A DNA stretch of 64,000 nt, from positions 4,259,244 through 4,323,243 of the forward strand of contig CBDCGC010000003.1 of NCBI GenBank assembly GCA_965216585.1. Direction: 5' to 3'. Shown here in pieces: positions 56,496 to 64,000 of the stretch. The first letter of the stretch is position 1; each line of letters opens with the position of its first letter. Position numbers and translations under genes: made by a program. The notes beneath the pieces are model-generated. The model was given only the letters and a program-made list of their open reading frames with translations, did not search any database and had not been told where the DNA came from. Origin of the DNA: an uncultured Candidatus Binatia bacterium. Lineage in GTDB: Bacteria; Desulfobacterota; Binatia; HRBIN30; CADEER01.

Positions 56496-58123
56496 GGGAT
56501 TGGATGGAAGGGCGAAACAATCGGGAGATCGCAGGAAGGTTCTTGCCCTGGCTGTGCGGCGGGGCACTGGCGCTCAATCTGTTGATGGCGATCGGACTGT
56601 TGGCGCTGATCGGTTTTCACGGTCTTGCCTATTTCGCACAGGAGCGACTGGCTGAGATCTCGCTGGCCGACGGTGGTGCCTTGATCGGGGAAATCCTCGC
56701 TTGGGAAGACGTGCCGGAGGAGCAAGCGAGCAGTGCCGGCGAACGGCGCCTGCGCGTCAAGATCGGCAACCGCGATCTCTACGGGCTCGACTTTCGCTGG
56801 GTGCGGCAATCCGAGATTGCGGAAATCTCCTACCCGGAGGACCTGGTTTTGCTCGAGCGGCTGGAGTGGGGTGATTTCTACGGTCGCATGGTGCGTCTCG
56901 AGCGCGGCGGCGAAGTGGTCGCCGGTGGCGATGAGCTTCACCAGGTCTTTCTCCCTCTCTTCGAGGAGAAGGCGCAGCAGCGCCGGAAAGTCGAAGACTT
57001 TGAATCCAGCGAGATCAGCGCGGTCAACCACGAGATTGAACGACTCCGACTGGCCAGGCGAGAGGCAGAACTGCGCGGTGGCGCGGCGGGTGATTTCGAG
57101 CCCATCGATCGCGCAGTCGCCGAGAAGCAGGCCGAGTACGACCGTTTGGCAGCCAGGCTCTTTGCGATGCGGGACGAGTTGCTCGACGCCTCGCTGGTCA
57201 TGCGGGCGGCGGACGGTCGCGAAAAGGAGATCGCGATCAGCGACGTCGTGCGCTTTGTCCGGCCGAACGCGATGAGTTGGCTGGCCTCTGCGCGCCTGTA
57301 TTTGAGCCGCGTATGGGAGTTGATCTCCGACTCACCGCGCGAGTCGAATACCGAGGGTGGGATTTTCCCGGCGATCTTCGGCACGGTGATGATGGTCTTT
57401 CTCATGTCGTTCGCGGTCGCTCCTTTCGGTGTGTTGGCGGCGCTCTACTTGCGCGAATACGCGCGTGAGGGACCGGTCGTGCGGGCGGTGCGGATTGCGG
57501 TGAACAATCTGGCGGGTGTCCCATCGATCGTTTTCGGGGTCTTTGGACTCGGATTCTTCGTCTATCTGGTCGGCGGTACGATCGATCAGATGTTCTATCC
57601 GGAAGCGTTGCCGGCGCCGACCTACGGCACGGGTGGGATTCTCTGGGCCAGTCTCACCTTGGCACTGCTCACCGTTCCCGTCGTCATCGTCGCAGCGGAA
57701 GAGGGGCTTGCAGCGGTTCCCCGCGTCGTGCGTGAAGGATCGCTGGCGCTCGGTGCCACCAAGCTCGAGACGATCTGGAAGGTCGTGCTGCCGGCAGCGG
57801 CGCCGGGAATCCTGACGGGCATGATCCTGGCCATGGCCAGAGCGGCGGGTGAAGTGGCGCCCCTGATGATCGTCGGCATGGTCAAGCTGGCCCCGTCCTT
57901 GCCGGTGGACTCGTACTTTCCATACGTCCATCTGGAAAGGAAGTTCATGCACCTGGGGTTTCATGTCTATGACGTCGGGTTCCAGAGCCCGAACGTCGAA
58001 GCCGCACAGCCGTTGGTGTTTGCGACGGCGCTGTTGTTGGTTGGTGTCGTCATCGCCATGAACTTGGTGGCGATCGTCGTGCGCAATCGATTGCGGCGCA
58101 CCTATGCGACGAGTGCTGTCTAA
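56492..58123 (+). CDS. pstA: Phosphate ABC transporter permease PstA, long form with an N-terminal TM helix plus a ~230 aa coiled-coil-rich periplasmic extension
   Basis: The C-terminal permease region has the EAA-like loop 'EGSLALGATKLETIWKVVLP'. GTG start overlaps the pstC stop. Confidence 0.85.
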   Translation: MRDWMEGRNNREIAGRFLPWLCGGALALNLLMAIGLLALIGFHGLAYFAQERLAEISLADGGALIGEILAWEDVPEEQASSAGERRLRVKIGNRDLYGLDFRWVRQSEIAEISYPEDLVLLERLEWGDFYGRMVRLERGGEVVAGGDELHQVFLPLFEEKAQQRRKVEDFESSEISAVNHEIERLRLARREAELRGGAAGDFEPIDRAVAEKQAEYDRLAARLFAMRDELLDASLVMRAADGREKEIAISDVVRFVRPNAMSWLASARLYLSRVWELISDSPRESNTEGGIFPAIFGTVMMVFLMSFAVAPFGVLAALYLREYAREGPVVRAVRIAVNNLAGVPSIVFGVFGLGFFVYLVGGTIDQMFYPEALPAPTYGTGGILWASLTLALLTVPVVIVAAEEGLAAVPRVVREGSLALGATKLETIWKVVLPAAAPGILTGMILAMARAAGEVAPLMIVGMVKLAPSLPVDSYFPYVHLERKFMHLGFHVYDVGFQSPNVEAAQPLVFATALLLVGVVIAMNLVAIVVRNRLRRTYATSAV

Positions 58124-58145
58124 CCAAGTGAAAACGGGCTAACCT

Positions 58146-59012
58146 ATGGATGCTATGGCTTTGAAGACGAGCGCATTGCCCCTGCCAAGCGTGGCGGAGC
58201 AGACCGCTGCTGGCGAAGTCGAAGCCGTGCGATCGAGCGGGTCCGAAACGGCGACGTCGAGGCTGGTGTTGGAGGCTCGCAACCTGTCGTTGTGGTACGG
58301 CAGCACGCGCGCACTCAATCAGATCACGCTCGAGGTTGCGGAGAAGCAGGTAACGGCGTTCATCGGTCCGTCCGGCTGTGGCAAGTCGACACTGCTGCGG
58401 TGCTTCAACCGACTCAACGACTTGATCGACGTGGTGCGCATCGAAGGTGAGATCGAGCTCGAGGGGCAGAACATCTACGCCCCCGAAGTCGACGTCAACG
58501 AGTTGCGCAAGCGCGTGGGAATGGTCTTTCAGAAGTCGAATCCGTTCCCCAAGTCGATCTACGAGAATGTCGCCTATGGGTGTCGGATTCACGGCATCAA
58601 AGGCAAGGCGCAGCTCGATGACATCGTCGAGCGCAGCTTGCGCGGCGCCGCCTTGTGGAGCGAGGTCAAGGACCGGCTCAGCGATAGCGCGCTCGGTCTA
58701 TCGGGCGGCCAGCAGCAGCGGCTGTGCATAGCGCGCGCGATTGCCATCGAACCGGAGGTTCTCCTGCTCGACGAGCCGTGCTCGGCGCTCGACCCGGTGG
58801 CCACGGCGAAGGTCGAGGACCTGATCCAGGAGCTCAAGCAGGAGTACACGATCGTCATCGTCACACACAACATGCAGCAGGCGGCCCGCGTTTCTGACCA
58901 GACGGCGTTTCTCTATCTGGGTGAGTTGGTTGAAACCGGATCGACGCAGGAGATCTTCACGAATCCACAGAAGCGTCAAACCGAAGACTACATCACGGGG
59001 AGATTCGGGTAG
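58146..59012 (+). CDS. pstB: Phosphate ABC transporter ATP-binding protein
   Basis: Walker A 'GPSGCGKST', signature 'LSGGQQQR', Walker B 'LLLDEP', H-loop 'VTHN'. Confidence 0.9.
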   Translation: MDAMALKTSALPLPSVAEQTAAGEVEAVRSSGSETATSRLVLEARNLSLWYGSTRALNQITLEVAEKQVTAFIGPSGCGKSTLLRCFNRLNDLIDVVRIEGEIELEGQNIYAPEVDVNELRKRVGMVFQKSNPFPKSIYENVAYGCRIHGIKGKAQLDDIVERSLRGAALWSEVKDRLSDSALGLSGGQQQRLCIARAIAIEPEVLLLDEPCSALDPVATAKVEDLIQELKQEYTIVIVTHNMQQAARVSDQTAFLYLGELVETGSTQEIFTNPQKRQTEDYITGRFG

Positions 59013-59054
59013 TCGAGCGATGTGCGCGCGAATGTTGCGGTCGAGGAGTTTGGG

Positions 59055-59744
59055 ATGCGGGTGAAACCACATATTGATCGTCACTATGACGACGAATTGC
59101 GCGAGCTACGGCGTCGTGTGCTCGAGATGGGCGGCTTCGTGGAGAAACAGATAGCCGACGCCATCCGTGTATTGATCGATCGCGACGCCAAGGAGGCGGA
59201 GCAGGTCATCGAACGCGACCACGTCGTCAATCGGATGGACGTCGAGATCGATGAGATGTGTTTGCGGTTGCTGGCCCTTTACCAGCCGGCGGCGCGCGAC
59301 CTCCGCTTCATCACCACGGCAATGAAGATCAACGCCAATTTGGAGCGGGCTGGCGACATGGCGCAGAACATCTGCGAGCGCGCGATGGAGCTCAGCCGCG
59401 AGCCGCAGCTCAAACCGTACGTCGATCTCCCCCGGATGGCGCGCATGGGACAGGAGATGTTGCAGGATAGTCTCAATGCATTCGTTCAAGAGGACGTCGA
59501 AACGGCTCTTGCGGTTTGTCGAGCCGATGCCGCCGTCGATGCGCTCCTGCAGCAGATTTTTCGTGAGTTGGTCTCCTACATGGTCGAAGACCCACATACG
59601 ATCACGCGGGCGATGCGGATCGTCTTCGTGTCGAAGTACCTCGAACGAGTCGCCGACCACGCGACGAACATCGCCGAGTTGGTGGTGTTCATGGTCAAGG
59701 GCAGAAGCATTCGTCATCTCGGGGAGCTTCCTTCCGATTTGTGA
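59055..59744 (+). CDS. phoU: Phosphate signalling complex protein PhoU
   Basis: Two PhoU repeats, with 'ANLERAGDMAQNI' and 'KYLERVADHATNI'. GAGGAG RBS. Confidence 0.9.
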   Translation: MRVKPHIDRHYDDELRELRRRVLEMGGFVEKQIADAIRVLIDRDAKEAEQVIERDHVVNRMDVEIDEMCLRLLALYQPAARDLRFITTAMKINANLERAGDMAQNICERAMELSREPQLKPYVDLPRMARMGQEMLQDSLNAFVQEDVETALAVCRADAAVDALLQQIFRELVSYMVEDPHTITRAMRIVFVSKYLERVADHATNIAELVVFMVKGRSIRHLGELPSDL

Positions 59745-60463
59745 TGGACAGCGGCCGAAAGATTCTGGTCGTCGAAGACGAGCCGGACATCCGCGAGCTG
59801 GTGCGCTACAATCTCGAGCAGGCGGGATTCGAGGTGTTTGAAAGTGAAGACGGTGAAGGAGCGCTGCAGATGGTCGATGAGGTGCGGCCGTCTCTCGTCG
59901 TGCTGGACCTCATGCTACCCAAGGCCGACGGGCTCGACTTGTGTCGAATGCTGCGCCAGAAGCCACGGACGGCGACGTTACCCGTCGTCTTGCTGACTGC
60001 CAAAGCGGCGGAAGTCGATCGCGTTCTCGGGCTGGAGCTTGGTGCCGACGACTACATCACCAAACCCTTCTCACCTCGCGAGCTGGTAGCGCGCGTCAAG
60101 GCCGTGTTGCGGCGCAGCGAGTCGGGCGGTAGCGCGCAGCCGCGTGACGTGTTCGAGCGCGGCCGGTTGCGCATCGACTTCGAAAGCCATGAGGTGTGGG
60201 TGGATGGAAAGCCCCTGGAAATGAGCTTACGCGAGTTTGAGCTCTTGGGCTTCTTCGTGCGCAATCCCTCTAGGGCTTTCGATCGGCTGACGATTCTCGA
60301 CTCGGTCTGGGGCGGCGATACCTACGTGCAACCGCGAACCGTCGACGTCCATGTGAGGCGTTTGCGGATGCTGATCGAGCGCGACGCGGCCCAACCCGAG
60401 TTGCTCCATACGGTGCGAGGCGTCGGCTACAAGTTCAGTCCCGAAGCGTTGGGCGCGGCCTGA
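59744..60463 (+). CDS. phoB: OmpR/PhoB-family response regulator
   Basis: The receiver domain 'ILVVEDEPDI...VLDLMLPKADG' and the winged-helix C-terminus 'RTVDVHVRRLR'. Confidence 0.85.
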   Translation: MDSGRKILVVEDEPDIRELVRYNLEQAGFEVFESEDGEGALQMVDEVRPSLVVLDLMLPKADGLDLCRMLRQKPRTATLPVVLLTAKAAEVDRVLGLELGADDYITKPFSPRELVARVKAVLRRSESGGSAQPRDVFERGRLRIDFESHEVWVDGKPLEMSLREFELLGFFVRNPSRAFDRLTILDSVWGGDTYVQPRTVDVHVRRLRMLIERDAAQPELLHTVRGVGYKFSPEALGAA

Positions 60464-60515
60464 ACGGCGCGCGCGGCGCCGTGAGGAGTGTCGTCGTGAC
60501 GATCGGCCGACGGAG

Positions 60516-61856
60516 ATGACGGAGTTGGTCCCGGCGATTCTCGGTTGGGCGGTGGCGGTGGTGATCGCGGCGGTCGCCTACGCGCGGCTGTCGGCGTGGC
60601 GCCGTTGGGCGCGCTCCTTGTCGGCCGGAATCGATGGTCGAGCACTGGACGCCAACTCTCCTTCAGCGCATGGCGACGAGCAGGAGCGAGTCGTTCGAAG
60701 TCTCTCCCGGATGAGCGCGGATCTGAGCGATGCAACGAGGAGGGCTGGCCGCCTGGCACGCGTCGTCGACGGCATGGTGGAGGGGATCGTCGTCGTCGAT
60801 GGCGAAGGTGTGGTGGTGATCGCAAACGAGAGAGCGGTGGAGCTTCTCGACCTTCCACGCCAGGAGGAGCACGTGGGGCGTCTTCTCGCTGAGCTCACAC
60901 GGCATCCAGATGTGCACGACCTGGTAGCGGAAGCGCGCCGCGAGAAGGACTGGGGACAGGCGATCGTCCGAGATATCTCGATTGCCGGTTCGCAGGAGCT
61001 GACCTTGCGTGTCAGTGCTTCCCGCCTGACTCCGCTGGAAGACATCGAGCGCTGGTTCGTGCTGGTCTTTCACGACGTCTCGGTGATTCGACAGGTCGAA
61101 GGAATGCGCCGCGACTTCGTTGCCAACGTCTCGCATGAGCTGCGGACTCCTTTGGCGGCGATCGCTGGATACACCGAAACCTTGCTCGATGGCGCGCTCG
61201 AAGATGAAGATCGGGCGCGGCGTTTTCTGGAAATCATCGACCGGCACAACCAGCGCTTGGGGCGATTGGTCGACGATCTTCTGACCCTCTCGGACCTCGA
61301 GCTGGGGCGCACCGAGCTGAATCGCGGTGCTGAAGATCTGCGGAGGATCGCCGGCGCGTGTTGCGAGACCTTGGCAGTGAAAGCAGAAAGCGGAGGCGTG
61401 CTGCTCGAGAACGAGGTGTCTCCCGATCTGCCGCTCGTCGACGGCGATGCGGATCGCCTCGAGCAGGCACTGCTCAACGTCATTGAGAACGCCATCAAGT
61501 ATACGCCGTCGGGCGGTACTGTGCGCATATCAGCGGCGCTGGCGGCGGCCGACGAGTGGGTTGAAGATGGCGAGGAGCGCACCGCGGAGCTCGTCGAGAT
61601 CTCGATTGCCGATACTGGTGTCGGCGTTTCACCGGATCACCTGGAACGCCTAACCGAGCGCTTCTACCGCGTCGACAAGGTGCGCTCGCGCGAGCTCGGT
61701 GGCACCGGTCTGGGGCTGGCGATCGTCAAGCACATCGTGCAGGCGCACGGCGGGTCGATGTCGATCGAGAGCGAGGTCGGGAAGGGCACGATCGTACGCC
61801 TGTTGTTGCCCAGTGTCGACGACTTCCGCGATTGCCCGATGTCGACATCCCAGTGA
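60516..61856 (+). CDS. phoR: PAS-domain sensor histidine kinase (PhoR-like)
   Basis: H-box 'VSHELRTPL', N/G boxes 'NAIKYT' and 'GTGLGLAIVK'. One N-terminal TM helix plus a PAS domain. Confidence 0.85.
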   Translation: MTELVPAILGWAVAVVIAAVAYARLSAWRRWARSLSAGIDGRALDANSPSAHGDEQERVVRSLSRMSADLSDATRRAGRLARVVDGMVEGIVVVDGEGVVVIANERAVELLDLPRQEEHVGRLLAELTRHPDVHDLVAEARREKDWGQAIVRDISIAGSQELTLRVSASRLTPLEDIERWFVLVFHDVSVIRQVEGMRRDFVANVSHELRTPLAAIAGYTETLLDGALEDEDRARRFLEIIDRHNQRLGRLVDDLLTLSDLELGRTELNRGAEDLRRIAGACCETLAVKAESGGVLLENEVSPDLPLVDGDADRLEQALLNVIENAIKYTPSGGTVRISAALAAADEWVEDGEERTAELVEISIADTGVGVSPDHLERLTERFYRVDKVRSRELGGTGLGLAIVKHIVQAHGGSMSIESEVGKGTIVRLLLPSVDDFRDCPMSTSQ

Positions 61857-61933
61857 TGATCCCGTGGTGGGTCGCCGCAGCACCTCGCTTGGGCTCACCA
61901 TGAGCGCGAGAAATCGCCGTGCTCGCTGGCGAA

Positions 61934-62539
61934 TCACCTATTCGGTGCGAGCACGACGTCGACTTGGCAACGCGGTGGTGGCTGTTCTCCCCGGCACGGG
62001 GCGGCGCTGATCTCGAGGGTGCTGAAGAAGCGTTGGAGATCACGGTCGTCACCCGACTCGGGATAGGAACTGGCGGCGACGACGAGCCGGCGCTCGATGA
62101 CGAAGAGCTCGGCCTGGCCAACGCGCTCCCCCTCTTGGAAGCGCAAGATCTTGCCGTCGATGGCGCCGCGTCGCGTCTTGCCGTAGTGGCGTTGGACTCC
62201 GTTGGTCGAGGAGAGGAAGTTGTCGCGTGCAAAACGCAGAAGAACCCCCCGCGGTGTCAACCATGCTGCGCGCTTGGGTAGCTCGGTGATGGAAATGGCA
62301 AACCGTGTCTCTTCCGTCGTTGCCCGGTAGACGCTCGAGCGAGCCGTTCCGAGCACACTGTCGCGCGTGCTGTGAGTGGTCGTGATCTCTCCAGGTAGGC
62401 TGGCGAGGACGACGAAGTCGTCGTCGGCAACACGGCGCCACGCGTGCTCGGCGGCGGCTTCGGCGACCGAGAAGAGAGTGAGGACAGCGATCAGCGGCAA
62501 CGAGCGAGTCGCGGCTCGGCGGTTCAACGATGGGTTCAC
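61934..62539 (-). CDS. Secreted hypothetical protein
   Basis: Signal peptide 'LPLIAVLTLFSVAEAAA'. No motifs. Confidence 0.45.
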   Translation of the reverse strand: MNPSLNRRAATRSLPLIAVLTLFSVAEAAAEHAWRRVADDDFVVLASLPGEITTTHSTRDSVLGTARSSVYRATTEETRFAISITELPKRAAWLTPRGVLLRFARDNFLSSTNGVQRHYGKTRRGAIDGKILRFQEGERVGQAELFVIERRLVVAASSYPESGDDRDLQRFFSTLEISAAPCRGEQPPPRCQVDVVLAPNR

Positions 62540-62628
62540 GCAGCTAGACTACGACGAAACCAGAGGGATGAGAACAGCGGGCGCCACGCACGCTTGTCAG
62601 GACTGCGCGCCGGGAGTAGGTTCGGACG

Positions 62629-63177
62629 ATGATCGTTCTCATCTCGTTGCTGTTCCTATTGACCGCCTGTGGCGGTGATGACGACTCCCTGGCGGTGCCA
62701 AGTGCGGTACCGACCGCGACGCCGGAGCCTCTAGATTTCGCCGCCACTGCCGCCGACTTCGAGTGCATTCTCGATTGGACGCCGGTGCGGAGTTTTCGCG
62801 TCGCTAACAAGCTCGGGCTTTTGGACGAAGCTCTCGACGTCGCGAAAAACCCGGAAGCCGGCAAGCTCTACCCGGTCGGCACGATCATCCAACTCTTTGC
62901 CGGCGAAGCGATGGTCAAACGCGGCGAGGGCTTCGACCCCGACAACAACAACTGGGAATACTTCGAGCTCGATGTAAGCGCGGAGGGCACGTCGATCCGA
63001 GTGCGCGGGCGCGACGACGTCGTCAACCGCTTCGGCGGTCAGTGTTTCGGATGCCACTCGGCGGCGCGCGACTTCGACTTCATCTGCGAAAAGAACCGCG
63101 GCTGCGTCGAGTTGCCCTTCGACGAAGCTACGATACGGCAGCTTCAAGAAGCGGACCCGCGCTGCTCCGCACCGTAG
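62629..63177 (+). CDS. Lipoprotein with a single CxxCH motif (putative mono-haem c-type cytochrome)
   Basis: Lipobox 'LLTAC' and a 'CFGCH' haem-c binding motif near the C-terminus. Confidence 0.5.
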   Translation: MIVLISLLFLLTACGGDDDSLAVPSAVPTATPEPLDFAATAADFECILDWTPVRSFRVANKLGLLDEALDVAKNPEAGKLYPVGTIIQLFAGEAMVKRGEGFDPDNNNWEYFELDVSAEGTSIRVRGRDDVVNRFGGQCFGCHSAARDFDFICEKNRGCVELPFDEATIRQLQEADPRCSAP

Positions 63178-63449
63178 TCGAAGAGTCCGACAGCACTGCG
63201 TCCGTGTTCGTCACGGGCGCCGCCGGCGGTTGGGTTATCGACTGTAAAGTGTGTCCGTAGATGTCGCGAAAATTCTCTTGTCTCGATGTCCGGTGACTGC
63301 TATGCGGCTTGTGCAGTCTATGAAAGGGAAGACGCAGTGGGGCCAAGTACTTTGCGGCGCAATGGGAACAACGTCAGTGAATACGCGCCCGCGCTCGACC
63401 GAGCAGGCCTTCCCCAGGACGAGTCTCGAATGAAAGGAGGGGAAGTGCC

Positions 63450-63650
63450 ATGCCACAAGGAACTGTGAAGTGGTTCAGCCCGGAGAAGGGGTACGGCTTC
63501 ATCAGTCGCGACGATGGCGACGACGTATTCGTGCACCACACCGGAATCACTGGTGAAGGTTTCCGTAGTCTCGATGAGGGCCAGCGCGTGGAGTTCGAAA
63601 TCACCGATGGCAAGAAGGGCCTTCAGGCTGTCAACGTATCCAAGCTATAG
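63450..63650 (+). CDS. cspA: Cold-shock protein (CspA family)
   Basis: '[15 protein letters not shown]' and 'VFVHH' are RNP1/RNP2 motifs. AAAGGAGG RBS. Long 5' UTR. Confidence 0.9.
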   Translation: MPQGTVKWFSPEKGYGFISRDDGDDVFVHHTGITGEGFRSLDEGQRVEFEITDGKKGLQAVNVSKL

Positions 63651-63671
63651 AAAGAGTTGAGTTTTTTGAAC

Positions 63672-63710
63672 GCCCCAGCACCTGTCAGGTGCTGGGGCGT
63701 TTGACGTTTT
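63672..63710 (+). terminator. Rho-independent terminator after csp
   Basis: GC stem GCCCCAGCACC / GGTGCTGGGGC with a 5 nt loop, followed by a U-rich tract (gtttgacgtttt). Confidence 0.6.
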
Positions 63711-63821
63711 CGCTCGGCAACGTCGATCGAAAGTCGTAGGGCGAAAGCCCCGAGAGCGGGAATTGGTCCTTTGATTGGACTCCACGCGGCTACTCCGAAC
63801 GTGCATGGTTTCCATGAGTTC

Positions 63822-64000
63822 ATGGGACATGCGAGAGGCAGCGAAGGGGGTTTCACCTTGATCGAGTTGCTGACGGTCGTCGCGACGATCGTCATTCTCG
63901 CCGCGGTGGCATTACCGCAGTTCGCCAGCCATCGGTCTCGGGCCTACGATGCATTGGCGCGGAGCGATTTGAGAAACCTGCGCACCGGCCAGGAGGCGCT
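63822..64000 (+). CDS. Type IV pilin / pseudopilin-like protein, 5' partial; continues past the window end
   Basis: Prepilin N-terminus 'GFTLIELLTVVATIVILAAVALPQF' after a short leader ending in GG. Confidence 0.6.
   Translation, partial: MGHARGSEGGFTLIELLTVVATIVILAAVALPQFASHRSRAYDALARSDLRNLRTGQEA

Noticed and set aside
1-64000. CRISPR arrays, rRNA or tRNA genes (including a tRNA at the island/core junction ~9830-9910)
   Set aside because: No regularly spaced short repeats and no cloverleaf-like sequences were found. The island boundary is marked by a truncated ATPase gene and the 3' end of the creatininase-family gene, not a tRNA.

Overview
The window is high-GC bacterial DNA, apparently Gram-negative (OmpA lipoprotein, OprO/P porin, lipoboxes); the taxon is not resolved. 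It splits into two very different parts.

(1) Positions ~1-9850 are an accessory island that looks like a decayed polymorphic-toxin and immunity cassette array. It holds an orphan LHH-type HNH nuclease toxin C-terminal module with a SUKH/SMI1-KNR4 immunity gene, a VapBC (RHH + PIN) pair, and several small unknown ORFs. These are interleaved with nested, degraded mobile elements: an IstB C-terminal fragment, an IS3/IS66-like OrfA HTH fragment, a 3' fragment of a group II intron (truncated RT/maturase with a recognisable domain V), an IS1380-family transposase, and an apparently intact IS3-family element with a programmed -1 frameshift site. Two families of short direct repeats (R1, R2) punctuate the cassettes. 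The island ends at a truncated AAA ATPase (DUF4143-type) fragment.

(2) Positions ~9900-64000 are a dense, syntenic core. Genes in order: creatininase-family, GT-C glycosyltransferase-like membrane protein, ELWxxDGT-repeat surface protein, thiS-thiG-thiE, alr, purH-purD-purE, DUF1015, a tandem-duplicated ThyX, DUF309, ychF, an NSS transporter, plsC-like acyltransferase, an SDR with a Cys-rich N-terminus, an OmpA lipoprotein, SIMPL, a catalytically degenerate ABC ATPase, a zinc-ribbon protein, nadE, a solitary aceE, tandem hsp20, a GT39-like protein with a PA14 domain, lysA, a Gfo/Idh/MocA oxidoreductase, rsmI, and an OprO/P phosphate porin. After rsmH and a cupin gene comes a full Pho cluster: ppx-CYTH-sixA, pstSCAB, phoU, phoB, phoR, with two copies of a conserved 7-4-7 direct-repeat Pho-box-like motif. 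The window ends with cspA, a terminator, and the start of a type IV pilin-like gene.

No rRNA, tRNA or CRISPR array was seen. Many long ORFs in the supplied track are antisense, high-GC artefacts.
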